Source of the DNA: Puniceicoccales bacterium
GTDB taxonomy: Bacteria; Verrucomicrobiota; Verrucomicrobiia; Opitutales; JAIRKQ01
Direction of reading: 5' to 3'
Assembly (NCBI GenBank): GCA_031269795.1
Contig: JAISYR010000021.1
Span: forward strand, 3,818-67,817
Length of the DNA stretch: 64,000 nt
In this document: one piece after another, positions 1 to 10,650 of the stretch
Numbering within the stretch: the first letter of the stretch is position 1
How the letters are laid out: every line of letters starts with the position of its first letter
Position numbers and translations under genes: made by a program
Notes under the pieces: generated by a model
Database searches by the model: none
Told to the model about the DNA's origin: nothing
Seen by the model: only the letters and a program-made list of their open reading frames with translations

Positions 1-130
1 CCTCATCGTATTTTTCAGTATATAAACCCAATTCCTTTTGCATGGCTTCCATGCCATCCTTCATTTGGGTCATGCTTTTCAGCAATTTTTCCATGTCTTC
101 CATCTTTGTCCTTTCGTCATTTTATTATTA

Positions 131-778
131 TTATTTTGTTATTTTTCTATGTGGTGGAGTAACAATTCCACCGGAAATTATAAATTTCATTCCATCGGTC
201 ACGGACATCTTAAGTTCAATGATATTTTTTTTTGGAATGACCAGCAAAAAACCACTGGTAGGATTGGGCGTTGTCGGAACAAATACATTAACAACTGGTT
301 CTCCTATTTTATCCGACACTTCACCTTCAAATTTACTAGACAAAAATCCTATGGCATAGCTCCCCTCCTTAGGGTATTCGACGAGTACAGTCTTACTAAA
401 AGCCGCATCGCGGTTTGCTCCAAATGTACTAATTACCTGTTTGACCGTTTTATAGATCGTATTAACTAGGGGGACATGGTTTATGAATTTTTCCGTTAGA
501 CCTATGATCAACTTTCCAAGGAACAACTTCGATAGAAACCCAACAAACACAATGATGATGGTTACCAGACAAATGGAAACAGCATTTATTACGAAATACA
601 TGGTGGACGTGTTTCGAACATTAGCATCCATCCAGCAAAATAATACCCTGCTAGCTGGAGCTCCGACATAACGCAACATCAAATCTATGAAAAATAGTGT
701 CACCCCAATGGGAAGAATCAGGACGATGCCTGTAATAAAAGATTTTTTAAGCGAGGCTAACATTAAAATATGAAACAT
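131..778 (-). CDS. DUF502 domain membrane protein
   Basis: N-terminal TM helices (FITGIVLILPIGVT) plus IPLVNTIY-like VPLVNTIYKTVKQ and FVPTTPNPTSGFL motifs typical of DUF502. Confidence 0.85.
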   Translation of the reverse strand: MFHILMLASLKKSFITGIVLILPIGVTLFFIDLMLRYVGAPASRVLFCWMDANVRNTSTMYFVINAVSICLVTIIIVFVGFLSKLFLGKLIIGLTEKFINHVPLVNTIYKTVKQVISTFGANRDAAFSKTVLVEYPKEGSYAIGFLSSKFEGEVSDKIGEPVVNVFVPTTPNPTSGFLLVIPKKNIIELKMSVTDGMKFIISGGIVTPPHRKITK

Positions 779-971
779 TACGATACAAATACCGCAAGGG
801 TTGGCAACTGTAAAAAAGAAATTTCCACAAAATTATTTCAGGTATGACTGTTGATAGGCCATATCCACGGACTTTGCTCCCCAGAATCTACAGGGTTGCT
901 ATTCAAAAGATCGGTTGCTCTTTTAAGTTAACGCTTGATGAAAGCGTGGGATTTTGTACTTTGGGACAAAA

Positions 972-2312
972 ATGGATCTAAAAAATTTTTTGGCAGACTA
1001 TGTTACATGTCAAAGCGTGTCATCGGATCTCACACTGGAAAGTGGTATGGCGGATGCCCGCAAATATTTGATAGGATTTTTTAATAGTTTGGCAATTGAA
1101 GTTCGGGAAGTAAAATTTGGGAAACATGCCGCTATTTTTGCCAAGACGGCACAAAGATCTGATAAACCAACTATTTTAGTCTACGGGCACTATGATGTTC
1201 AACCGGCCGATGATAAGGAACTATGGACAGGCGATCCTTTTATTTTAACGGAAAGGGATGGTCGTTGGTATGGTAGAGGAGCGTCGGACAACAAGGGTTG
1301 CCATTCCGCAGTTCTAATGGCAATCCATGATTTGATGACTACAAAACAGGAATTGCCGGTTAATTTAAAGTTCATTCTGGAAGGGGAAGAGGAAATTGGT
1401 AGTTGTAGCATGCCACAGCTTCTACACAGCATGCAAGATGAGTTGACTGCCGACTTTGCCCTCGTTGTAGACACTTGTTCGTTGGACAAAGAAAATATTG
1501 TCATCACAACGGGGTTGCGCGGAATAGTTGGATGTGAAGTAACACTAAGGGGACAGGACCATGATTTGCATTCCGGATATGGCGGATGCCTTTTGAATCC
1601 CATATGGGCACTCGTTGATCTTTGTTCAGCCGTGCATACCCGGGAAGGGCTCGTCAATGTTCCCGGTTTTTACGATGAAGTTGTCCCTCCCCATGATTGG
1701 GAACGGGAACAAATGAAACGTTTGCCGATGCTAGATGATGAACTTAAAAAAAGCCTTGGCATAAAACATTTCAAACTTCCCAGGGATGATTTTTCTGCCG
1801 CCGAAACCATACGATTTTTACCAACGCTGGAATTCAATGGTATCAAAGGAGGATTTCAGGGAACAGGTATAAAAACGATAATTCCAGGTTGTGCCTCCGT
1901 CAAAATATCCTGCCGCTTGGTTCCCGATCAAAATGCCGAAAAGATCAAAAATTTATTGGCCGAAAAGATTACCAATCTTTGTCCCAAAGAAATGTCATTG
2001 GAAATGAAATTTGAACAGGCCTCGAATCCGTATTTATTCGACGTGCGCAACGGCAAAAATGAAACACTTTCCCGGGCGATAAAAATCGCCGGAGATGGTA
2101 TTCAATCTACATTTGGCAATCCTCCGCTTTATTTACGGGAAGGCGGAAGCATAGGATTGGTTTCCATGCTAAAGGAAATATTAGGCATCGATTCCCTACT
2201 TATTGGGCTGTCTACGGCCAAAGATAATATCCATGCCCCCGATGAAAGCGTAGAAATTGCAATGTTGGAAAGGGGGAGGAAATTTTTTAGGGAATTTTTT
2301 TCCGAATTTTGA
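972..2312 (+). CDS. M20/M25/M40 family metallo-dipeptidase
   Basis: YGHYDVQP, GRGASDNKG, EGEEEIGS and HAPDE metal-binding motifs; ATG at 972 preferred over the TTG at 954. Confidence 0.9.
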   Translation: MDLKNFLADYVTCQSVSSDLTLESGMADARKYLIGFFNSLAIEVREVKFGKHAAIFAKTAQRSDKPTILVYGHYDVQPADDKELWTGDPFILTERDGRWYGRGASDNKGCHSAVLMAIHDLMTTKQELPVNLKFILEGEEEIGSCSMPQLLHSMQDELTADFALVVDTCSLDKENIVITTGLRGIVGCEVTLRGQDHDLHSGYGGCLLNPIWALVDLCSAVHTREGLVNVPGFYDEVVPPHDWEREQMKRLPMLDDELKKSLGIKHFKLPRDDFSAAETIRFLPTLEFNGIKGGFQGTGIKTIIPGCASVKISCRLVPDQNAEKIKNLLAEKITNLCPKEMSLEMKFEQASNPYLFDVRNGKNETLSRAIKIAGDGIQSTFGNPPLYLREGGSIGLVSMLKEILGIDSLLIGLSTAKDNIHAPDESVEIAMLERGRKFFREFFSEF

Positions 2313-4210
2313 AGTTGAAAGGCATGCGAACCATTACCCATTTTCACAGGTTGAGGAACAATCGCATAAAAATGTTTTACATGATAGCAGCGCTAGCATT
2401 TGCCTATCTGATCTGTGGGCTTTTCTGTCGTCAAATTATTCAACATGGATATTTCCAACGGAAGGAAAGTCGTCAAAATTCACGGCGAATCGTCGTACCC
2501 GGCATGCGGGGGAATATTTACGACAGAAATGGCATATTGCTAGCGGGCCATAGAAGTATTTTTTCCATTAATCTGTATTTACATGAATTACATGGCGAAT
2601 TCAGAAAGGAATACCTAAAACGTGCAAATACTTTGAGGCAGAATAATGTTAAATTTAATGCAAATGAGCTACGCCGTGATAGCAGGGTCGATGTTGTCAA
2701 AAAATACTTGGATGTCGTCAATGAAACAATGGAAGCAAACTATATAGTTTCAAGGGACGCAATAGAAAAGCATTTGGCCCAAAAGTTTTTGTTGCCCATG
2801 AAGATTGCCGACGATATTCCCCAGGAGGTCTACGAAAGATTAATGTACGTTCTGCCAAAAAATTCTCCCGTGCAGCTATCCATGGACGAAGTGAGGTATT
2901 ATCCGTATGGAGATCTTGCATGCCACATCATTGGATATGTAGCGATGGATGAGTATGGTGGACAACCATTAAATGAAAAGATTAAAACATTTACCTCCAA
3001 ATGCCAAATGGGAAAGTCGGGAATCGAACTAGGAGCGGACGATGTTTTGCGTGGGATCCCCGGCTATGAATTATGGCAGATTGATACCCTTGGAATGGCG
3101 AGGGTTTTACTAAGGTCTGAAAATCCTAGACATGGTAGTCCCATACGGCTTAGCATCGATAAAAATTTGCAAGATGTGGTCGAAGGGGCTCTCGGAGATA
3201 ATAGGGGCTGTGCCATTGTAATGAATGTGCGAAGCGGTGAAATCCTAGCAATGGTAAGCAAACCATCCTACGACATAAACCTGCTGGTTCCAAAAATTTC
3301 CTATGATGCCTATAATCAGATAACCTCAAAAGGTAGCTGGTTGAATCTGGCAACCCAGGGGAAATTTCCCCTGGGTTCCGTATTTAAACTAGTTTCATCC
3401 ATAGCATTTTTACAGTCCGGTGAAGTGCTGAGGACAGATTCCGTTTTTTGCTCGGGCGTAACGGAAGTCGGTGGTAGAAAATTTACCTGTAAAAATCACA
3501 CAAGCAACATTGACATAACATTTGGGGATGCCATCGCGAGAAGCTGTAACACTTTTTTCTACGAAAATGCCAAGAAAGTAAAAAAGGATAGGCTAATCAA
3601 AACCGCCAATAAGTTAGGTTTTTCCGAAAAAACTGGCATTGAATTACCCCATGAAGGCAAGGGTTTTGTTCCCACCGAAGCATGGAAAAAAGCCCGAGGT
3701 TTCGGAAGTTGGGTGGGCGGAGACACCCTTAATTTATCAATAGGCCAAGGGTATTTGCTTGTCACTCCCATTGAGGTTTGCTGTTTTACTTCCTCAATTG
3801 CGGCAAACAGATTGCGGACAAAACCGACAATTTTTTTCAATGGGAACTGTGGTAATCTGCCCAATTATCCATCCCTTGGTCTGGACGAGATGGATTACAA
3901 TTTCCTTGTCAATGCGATGGTTGAGGTCGTAGAAAATCGATCGGGCAAACATGCCAAGGTAGAAAATTTAAAAGTCGCAGGAAAAACGGGTACAGCACAA
4001 TTCTTCGACCACGGAGAAAAAAGAAATCTGGCATGGTTTACCTGCTTTGCTCCCGTCGACGACCCTGAAATTGCCATTACCGTCATGGTCCAAGAAAAAA
4101 GTAAATATGATTCCTACTGGGGAGGGACAAAAGCCGCCCCCATAGCGAAAAAAATCATTGCGGAATATTTTATGAAAAATAAAACGCCTCCCCTCGGTTC
4201 CATTCGTTGA
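2309..4210 (+). CDS. mrdA: Penicillin-binding protein 2 (class B transpeptidase)
   Basis: N-terminal TM, RGNIYDRNG dimerisation motif, SxxK (GSVFK), SxN (RSCN), KTGTAQ; start may be the ATG at 2324. Confidence 0.88.
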   Translation: MKLKGMRTITHFHRLRNNRIKMFYMIAALAFAYLICGLFCRQIIQHGYFQRKESRQNSRRIVVPGMRGNIYDRNGILLAGHRSIFSINLYLHELHGEFRKEYLKRANTLRQNNVKFNANELRRDSRVDVVKKYLDVVNETMEANYIVSRDAIEKHLAQKFLLPMKIADDIPQEVYERLMYVLPKNSPVQLSMDEVRYYPYGDLACHIIGYVAMDEYGGQPLNEKIKTFTSKCQMGKSGIELGADDVLRGIPGYELWQIDTLGMARVLLRSENPRHGSPIRLSIDKNLQDVVEGALGDNRGCAIVMNVRSGEILAMVSKPSYDINLLVPKISYDAYNQITSKGSWLNLATQGKFPLGSVFKLVSSIAFLQSGEVLRTDSVFCSGVTEVGGRKFTCKNHTSNIDITFGDAIARSCNTFFYENAKKVKKDRLIKTANKLGFSEKTGIELPHEGKGFVPTEAWKKARGFGSWVGGDTLNLSIGQGYLLVTPIEVCCFTSSIAANRLRTKPTIFFNGNCGNLPNYPSLGLDEMDYNFLVNAMVEVVENRSGKHAKVENLKVAGKTGTAQFFDHGEKRNLAWFTCFAPVDDPEIAITVMVQEKSKYDSYWGGTKAAPIAKKIIAEYFMKNKTPPLGSIR

Positions 4211-4256
4211 CATTTCCATGGGAACCGATGAGCTGTAATTAATCGACTACCCCAAC

Positions 4257-4418
4257 ATGGCCTATCTTTATTACAATGGCTTACCTTTCGCTACGATTCT
4301 TCTTTGCCTTGCATGGCTTTATTTCCTTTTATATTTTTTAGTGATACGGGGAAAAACTGGGAGACTTCTCGGGAAAGGAGATTTTTCATTCCATATGAAA
4401 ACTCTTGGCCAAAACTAA
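4257..4418 (+). CDS. Putative 53-aa small membrane protein (not in ORF track)
   Basis: Hand translation MAYLYYNGLPFATILLCLAWLYFLLYFLVIRGKTGRLLGKGDFSFHMKTLGQN: one TM helix followed by basic residues, lying in a 360-bp gap. Confidence 0.3.
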   Translation: MAYLYYNGLPFATILLCLAWLYFLLYFLVIRGKTGRLLGKGDFSFHMKTLGQN

Positions 4419-4573
4419 AACTGATACAATCTCTCCACGACACTGCGAGCCAGTATGGTGTCATCGTATCTTTTTAAGTCAAGTGTGTTTTTAATCTTAT
4501 TTCATCGTGCATAATTTGCGGAGAGACTTTACTTGCAAGCCATGGGAAAATTTTTATCTAGTGCACCAATTCT

Positions 4574-7003
4574 ATGAAAGTAAGTGCAAAGTGGTTGAGT
4601 AAATATTTGGATATAGGGATTAGCGAAGAAGAGCTTTGTGAAATTGTTACCAGTATTGGGCTAGAAGTCGAGGGGATTGAACACGTTGGAACTGCTAGGC
4701 AGAAAACACTCGTCGTAGGGGAGATTAAAGAAATTCGACAGCACCCCAACGCCGATAAATTGTCGGTGTGTATGGTGGGCGTTGGCCCGAATGATGTGCG
4801 GCAGATTGTTTGTGGGGCGAAAAATTTTAAACTGAATGACCATGTTCCTGTTGCGTTGCCCGGAACGACATTGCCTGGGGATTTTAAAATTAGCAAAAGT
4901 AACTTGCGGGGAGTTGATTCCGATGGTATGATGTGTAGTGGGAAAGAACTCGGTTTGGGCGAGGACCACTCCGGCTTACTGATTCTCGAACGAAATACAC
5001 CCATTGGGACATGTCTCCACGACGCCATCGATGTCACTTGGGATACCATTTTCGACCTATCGTTGACCGCAAACCGGGGAGACTGCCTGAGCCACATTGG
5101 AATTGCACGGGATTTGGCTGCAAAATTAAACGTGGCATTGAAACTTTTCCAAACCCATGGAGTTGAAATCTCTGAAGGGGAAAGGCCACCAGGTCATTTT
5201 TTGAAAAAAATTTCCATTGAAACCGACCATTGTGGATGCTATGCAGCCATTTGCATAGAGAATATTAAAATTGGAGATAGCCCCGACTGGATGAAGCGTG
5301 ATCTCGCAGCCGTTGGAGTAAGGTCCATCAACAACGCGGTAGACATTGGCAATTGGGTAATGATGGAAACTGGGCAGCCGGTACACATTTTTGATGCAAA
5401 AAAAATCCGAGGAAACCAACTAACCATCAGGCAAGCCAAGGATGGAGAAATCATCATCTCCCTCGATGGTCAAAAAAGAGTATTAAACGGCGATATGGTT
5501 GTAATTTGTGACGTGGAACGGCCGCTTGTTGTTGCGGGTATCACCGGTAGCATAGATGCGGAAGTCGACGACAATACGACGGATATTTTGATAGAAAGTG
5601 CCTATTTCAATCCGGATAACATAAGAAGGTCTGCCAAGACTTTGAATATTTCTACGGAGAGCTCCCATAGGTTTTCCCGGAACATTGACAAAGCAAATAT
5701 TGCGAATTATGGAGTGCGGGTAGCAAATTTGATAACGGAAATCTGCGGTGGTGAAATTGTTGTAGCGTGTTGGAAAGTAGACAATTTGAAGGAGAAAACC
5801 ATAGTTATTAACTTTCAACCATCGCTGATAGAAGAACTATGCGGCTTTGCCATTCCCCTCGAAATTGCGGAAAATATTTTAATAAAACTTGGATTTCTCA
5901 TCGAAAAATTAAATGCGGAAAATTGGAAGATAACGGTACCATCACATCGGCCGGATATAACCTGTGCCCCCGACATCGTGTCCGAATGTCTGAGGATATA
6001 TGGCACGGATAAAATTCCAACAACTTCCGCGAAATACACCGGTATTCAGCATGAATCAGATCGTTCGGCAGTATTCTGCCAAAATGTAAGCCATTATCTG
6101 TCCGATCGGGGATTTTTCGAGTCCTATAATTTTGCCCTTCGCAGTGGCAATGAAATGGAAAATTTATTTGGGAAAAATACTGCCCTAGCCATGCGCAACC
6201 CTTTCAATGCCGATCAAAACTGCTACAGAAACTCATTAATTCCTGGATTGTTGGATGCCGTTAAATTCAACATCCAAAATGGCAATTCGGATATTAAATT
6301 TTTCGAAACGGGGCATGTTGTGCTGAGGATCAACGAAAAGTTTAACGAATGTTTGGCCATTGGTTGTGTGATGCCAATGAAACCGCTGGAACGTTCATGG
6401 CAGCTGGTAGAAGCGGCAGGTTTTTATGATGTCAAGGCTTTGATTTTGCCGATTTTAAAAAACTTCTCCCAGCGACTGGCACAATTTAATCCCATGAAAA
6501 TTAGTAACATTTGGCAACCCGAACATGCGGCCTGTTGTGGATTCCTAAGCCGTGAAAAGTTTCAAGCAACGTGCGGATTTCTCAATGTGAATTTGACCAG
6601 GGCTTTTGATATCAAACAGTATGTTCTTGCAGCCGAAATAGTGATACATCCCACCGTCTTTGCTAGAAAACCTGAAAAGGTTTCCCACAAACCATTCAGC
6701 CAATTCCCTCGCATATCAAAGGACCTATCCCTCATGGTAAAACTTGATGAGCCCGTTGCCAATGTCGAAGGTAAGGTAATGAAAGCTGCCCAGAAGAGTA
6801 TTTCGAATGACATTTTCATAGAGTCGACCAAGGTTTTTGATGTTTACCAGGGCAAAGAGATTCCAAGTGGTACAAAAAACATTGGCCTAACGATAAATTA
6901 TCGTTCCCACGGTAGAACGCTGGTGGATTCCGAAATACAGGCGGCATTCAATGCCATGCAGTTAGAAGTTGAAAAATCATATGAGATAAGGAAACAATCA
7001 TGA
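4574..7003 (+). CDS. pheT: Phenylalanine--tRNA ligase beta subunit
   Basis: HPNADKL, IVCGAKN, LRGVDSDGMMCS, NRGDCLSHIGIAR, B5 and FDX-ACB domains. Confidence 0.97.
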   Translation: MKVSAKWLSKYLDIGISEEELCEIVTSIGLEVEGIEHVGTARQKTLVVGEIKEIRQHPNADKLSVCMVGVGPNDVRQIVCGAKNFKLNDHVPVALPGTTLPGDFKISKSNLRGVDSDGMMCSGKELGLGEDHSGLLILERNTPIGTCLHDAIDVTWDTIFDLSLTANRGDCLSHIGIARDLAAKLNVALKLFQTHGVEISEGERPPGHFLKKISIETDHCGCYAAICIENIKIGDSPDWMKRDLAAVGVRSINNAVDIGNWVMMETGQPVHIFDAKKIRGNQLTIRQAKDGEIIISLDGQKRVLNGDMVVICDVERPLVVAGITGSIDAEVDDNTTDILIESAYFNPDNIRRSAKTLNISTESSHRFSRNIDKANIANYGVRVANLITEICGGEIVVACWKVDNLKEKTIVINFQPSLIEELCGFAIPLEIAENILIKLGFLIEKLNAENWKITVPSHRPDITCAPDIVSECLRIYGTDKIPTTSAKYTGIQHESDRSAVFCQNVSHYLSDRGFFESYNFALRSGNEMENLFGKNTALAMRNPFNADQNCYRNSLIPGLLDAVKFNIQNGNSDIKFFETGHVVLRINEKFNECLAIGCVMPMKPLERSWQLVEAAGFYDVKALILPILKNFSQRLAQFNPMKISNIWQPEHAACCGFLSREKFQATCGFLNVNLTRAFDIKQYVLAAEIVIHPTVFARKPEKVSHKPFSQFPRISKDLSLMVKLDEPVANVEGKVMKAAQKSISNDIFIESTKVFDVYQGKEIPSGTKNIGLTINYRSHGRTLVDSEIQAAFNAMQLEVEKSYEIRKQS

Positions 7004-7299
7004 AAGATAAAAGTTTTGACCATAGTGTGCACATCGAAAATATTGCAGCATTGGCACGCATTTATTTGACAGACCAGGAACGACGAGATCTGGCGAAAAG
7101 TCTAGATGAAATTTTGGAATATTTTGACAAGCTAAGGACAGTGAATATTGAAGGCGTAGAACCGTCGGCCCATGCATTCCCGCTCTATGATATTCTCCGG
7201 GATGATGAAGTTGGTACTCCATTTGACAGGAAGACTGCCCTACAAAATGCTCCTAAACAGAGAAATAATCAAGTCATAGTACCAAAAGTTGTGGAATAG
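7000..7299 (+). CDS. gatC: Asp-tRNA(Asn)/Glu-tRNA(Gln) amidotransferase subunit C
   Basis: IAALARI, LRDDEV, LQNAP..VPKVVE pattern; directly upstream of gatA. Confidence 0.92.
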   Translation: MKDKSFDHSVHIENIAALARIYLTDQERRDLAKSLDEILEYFDKLRTVNIEGVEPSAHAFPLYDILRDDEVGTPFDRKTALQNAPKQRNNQVIVPKVVE

Positions 7300-7307
7300 G
7301 AAAAATC

Positions 7308-8774
7308 ATGGATAGCGAAATTTTTTATAAATCAGCATCTGCGTTAGACAGTCTCTTAGATTCCGGGGAACTAACATCCGTTGAGTTGGCGAAAGCTGTT
7401 ATCAAAAGGACAAAATCAATCGATGCTAAACTGCATGCTTACATTTCCTTTGACGAAGAAAAGACGATAAGCAAAGCGATTCAATCCGACATGCGGCGAA
7501 AAGTAGGTAAAAAGTTGAGTAACTTGGACGGTATTCCGGTGGGGATAAAAGATCTTATTTCTGAACGGGGGCAGCCGCTTACCTGTGGATCGAAAATCCT
7601 AGATGGATATGTTTCTCCCTATGATGCAACGGTGATAGAACGCATGCGCAATGCCGGATGTGTCCTATGGGGCCGCCTCAATATGGATGAATTTGCCATG
7701 GGATCATCCAGTGAAAATTCCTACTACGGCAAGGTTGCAAATCCATGGGATATTTCGCGGGTGCCCGGTGGAAGTAGCGGAGGCAGTGCTGCTGCGGTAG
7801 CATCCGGGGAAACGATTATAGCCCTGGGCAGTGATACGGGGGGATCAATTCGCCAGCCGGCAGCATTTTGTGGCATAGTCGGCCTTAAACCAACCTATGG
7901 AGCGGTTAGCCGCTATGGGATCGTTGCATTCGCCAGTTCCCTCGACCAGGTGGGTCCAATGGGACGTTCCATTGAAGATGTCGCCACATTATTTCATGTC
8001 ATCTCCGGGTACGATGATAAGGATTCGTCTAGCTATCCGGTCGACAAGACAAATCATAGCATGGAGTCCATAAAAAATAAAAGGATCAAAACCATTGGTA
8101 TTCCAACCGAATATTTCGGAGAAGGATTGGATCCTGAAATTCGGCGGGCGATCGAAGATGCTGTCAGTTTTTACAAAAGTGCTGGCCACAGGGTTAAGGA
8201 AATCTCACTGACCATGACCGAATATACTATGGCAGTTTACTACGTTATTGCAACCGCCGAAGCATCGTCAAATTTGGCGCGGTTCGATGGTATTAGATAC
8301 GGCTATCATTCCGAAAGTGCAAAGGATGCTGTTGACCTTTACTATAAAACTCGTGGAGAAGGTTTTGGTTCCGAAGTTAAGCGGAGAATTATGCTTGGAA
8401 CCTATGTACTCAGCAATGAAAATTTCGAGTCTTACTATTTGCGAGCGCAAAAGGTGCGAACTCTGATCAGGAATGACTTCATGGAAGCCTTTAAAGATGT
8501 CGACCTGCTGATTACTCCTGTGACTCCAAGTCCGGCATTTAAAATTGGAGAAAAATCTGCCGATCCATTGCAAATGTACCTGAGTGATATTTATACGATA
8601 TCTATCAACCTAGCTGGTCTCTGTGCCCTATCTCTTCCCTGTGGATTGTCCTCCGACGGCCTACCGATAGGACTCCAGGTGATAGGCAAACCTTTTCACG
8701 AACATGAAATCCTGTCGTTGGGATATGAGTTTGAACAGACCCATGATTTTAAAAATATGCACCCGGTCATTTGA
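7308..8774 (+). CDS. gatA: Amidotransferase subunit A
   Basis: Amidase signature GIKD, PGGSSGGSAAAV, GSDTGGSIRQPA, GLKPTYG, EVKRRIMLG. Confidence 0.97.
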   Translation: MDSEIFYKSASALDSLLDSGELTSVELAKAVIKRTKSIDAKLHAYISFDEEKTISKAIQSDMRRKVGKKLSNLDGIPVGIKDLISERGQPLTCGSKILDGYVSPYDATVIERMRNAGCVLWGRLNMDEFAMGSSSENSYYGKVANPWDISRVPGGSSGGSAAAVASGETIIALGSDTGGSIRQPAAFCGIVGLKPTYGAVSRYGIVAFASSLDQVGPMGRSIEDVATLFHVISGYDDKDSSSYPVDKTNHSMESIKNKRIKTIGIPTEYFGEGLDPEIRRAIEDAVSFYKSAGHRVKEISLTMTEYTMAVYYVIATAEASSNLARFDGIRYGYHSESAKDAVDLYYKTRGEGFGSEVKRRIMLGTYVLSNENFESYYLRAQKVRTLIRNDFMEAFKDVDLLITPVTPSPAFKIGEKSADPLQMYLSDIYTISINLAGLCALSLPCGLSSDGLPIGLQVIGKPFHEHEILSLGYEFEQTHDFKNMHPVI

Positions 8775-8805
8775 AAAGAGGCCCCCAAGGGGTTAGAATA
8801 CGATC

Positions 8806-10170
8806 CTATTTCCCAATGCAAAAATTGGAAAATATCAAATCTAGCATCTTTTCGTTGTCGTAGGCCCCTGTGATTTCTCCGAGAATTTCAAGGGATTGGC
8901 GGATATCGCTGGCAATTGTTTCGATGTGTAATGGCTGCAACCATTTGGATTGTGCCGCTTCCAGACATGCATTTGCCCGACGTAGAATATTGACATGTCG
9001 AGCGTTCACTACGATGTCGATGTCGTTATTCAAAGTTTTATTCCTAGAAATTACCTCTAAAATTTTCCTTTTCAGTACCCGTGGATTTGTTTCATTTTTT
9101 ATGGAAATTTCAATCCTGTCCAAATGTGGCAAAAAATCTTCAACGGCACAACTTTTTGGCAAGTCGATCTTATTAATAACGACCAATGCATTTTGATCGT
9201 TCAAACAATCGACAATTTCCCGTGGAATCGCTGGCAATGTATTCGAATTGATGTTCACCACTATCAAAAAGAAATCAGCACCTAAAGCCTTTGCAATTGC
9301 TTTCGCAATTCCTGTTTTCTCAATCTCTCCCAATGCCCTACTTCTCAAACCTGCCGTATCACAAATTTTCAAAATATGGTTACCTATCACAATTTTTTCT
9401 GAAATTATGTCACGGGTGGTTCCAGCAATTTCACTGACGATGGCACGGTCTTCATCCAATAGGAAATTAAACAGGCTACTTTTCCCGGCGTTGGGTTCTC
9501 CCAATATTACCGTTGAGATGCCGTTGCTAATAACCGAATGATATTTGTTGCTACCGATTAAAGTTTCTAACTTTTTAATGGCTGTTTCAACCTTTTGCAA
9601 AATGTCATGGAAAAGAATTTTTTCATCGAAAATTTCATCGTCTGAAAAATCTATCTCCATTTCTATCCTCGCGAGTACATTCAATAGATCCTTACTTACT
9701 GCATTAATTTTATCGCTCAAGATGCCACTGAGCTGATTTTGTGCCACCCGTATTGCCCGTTCATTTGTTCCGTGAATCACATCTGCCACCGCTTCTGCCT
9801 GGCATAGGTCTAATTTCCCATTTAGGAAAGCTCGCTTCGTAAATTCTCCTGGTTCCGCAAACCTACAACCTCTCGCACATAGGTCTGCCAAGATATTTTC
9901 CACTATCAGCATATTTCCATGGCAATAAATTTCCACGGCGTCCTCTCCCGTGTAGGAACTGACAAATGGGAAAAATACCATCAAGACATCGTCGAGTAGT
10001 TTTCCTCCCCCTAACAGATATTTGCAATGGTACAACGTCCTAGGAGAAAATTCACCCTTGGAAGTAAAATGGCAAAACAGTGATTGGCTCAAAGGTCCAC
10101 TGATGCGAATAACCGCCATGGCAGATACTCCAGCTGGCGTAGCGAGTGCAACTATCGTATCTCGCTGCAT
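8806..10170 (-). CDS. mnmE: tRNA modification GTPase
   Basis: DTIVALAT, SYTGED, GEFTKRAFLNGK, GEPNAGKSS, GTTRD, DTAG, C-terminal FCIGK. Confidence 0.96.
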   Translation of the reverse strand: MQRDTIVALATPAGVSAMAVIRISGPLSQSLFCHFTSKGEFSPRTLYHCKYLLGGGKLLDDVLMVFFPFVSSYTGEDAVEIYCHGNMLIVENILADLCARGCRFAEPGEFTKRAFLNGKLDLCQAEAVADVIHGTNERAIRVAQNQLSGILSDKINAVSKDLLNVLARIEMEIDFSDDEIFDEKILFHDILQKVETAIKKLETLIGSNKYHSVISNGISTVILGEPNAGKSSLFNFLLDEDRAIVSEIAGTTRDIISEKIVIGNHILKICDTAGLRSRALGEIEKTGIAKAIAKALGADFFLIVVNINSNTLPAIPREIVDCLNDQNALVVINKIDLPKSCAVEDFLPHLDRIEISIKNETNPRVLKRKILEVISRNKTLNNDIDIVVNARHVNILRRANACLEAAQSKWLQPLHIETIASDIRQSLEILGEITGAYDNEKMLDLIFSNFCIGK

Positions 10171-10183
10171 TTTCTAGGCAACA

Positions 10184-10453
10184 TTACCGATTTCTATTGG
10201 GACCAAAGCTACGAATGGGCGTATTTCTTGGCACTTCGACATTTTTCATTCGAAAGATAATCCTTGCCTTTTGTAAATCCTGGGGACTCATTTCCATTTT
10301 GACAGTATCACCTATCATGAGTTTAATAAAATTCTTTCTCAATTTCCCAGAAATATGAGCCAACACCACATGCTTATTCGGCAATTCTACCCGGAACATT
10401 GTCCCAGGCAACACGGAAACGATTTTACCGATAACTTCTATATACTCTGCCAT
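10184..10453 (-). CDS. infA: Translation initiation factor IF-1 (with short basic C-terminal tail)
   Basis: [34 protein letters not shown]; start reset to the ATG at 10453. Confidence 0.95.
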   Translation of the reverse strand: MAEYIEVIGKIVSVLPGTMFRVELPNKHVVLAHISGKLRKNFIKLMIGDTVKMEMSPQDLQKARIIFRMKNVEVPRNTPIRSFGPNRNR

Positions 10454-10650
10454 TATCCTACAGCAAATATATTGAGAAAGAATAAACTTGCCATTGTCCA
10501 GCAAAATCAAACGATCCTTAGCATTTATTTTGCGGGAAAATTTCCATGAAAAACTACGAGTTGTGTGGATATTACCTAACAATATTAAAATCAAAAGCAT
10601 TTTAGCTTTCTTTTCGCGAAAAACATCCTATTATTCCATTTAGGGGAAAG

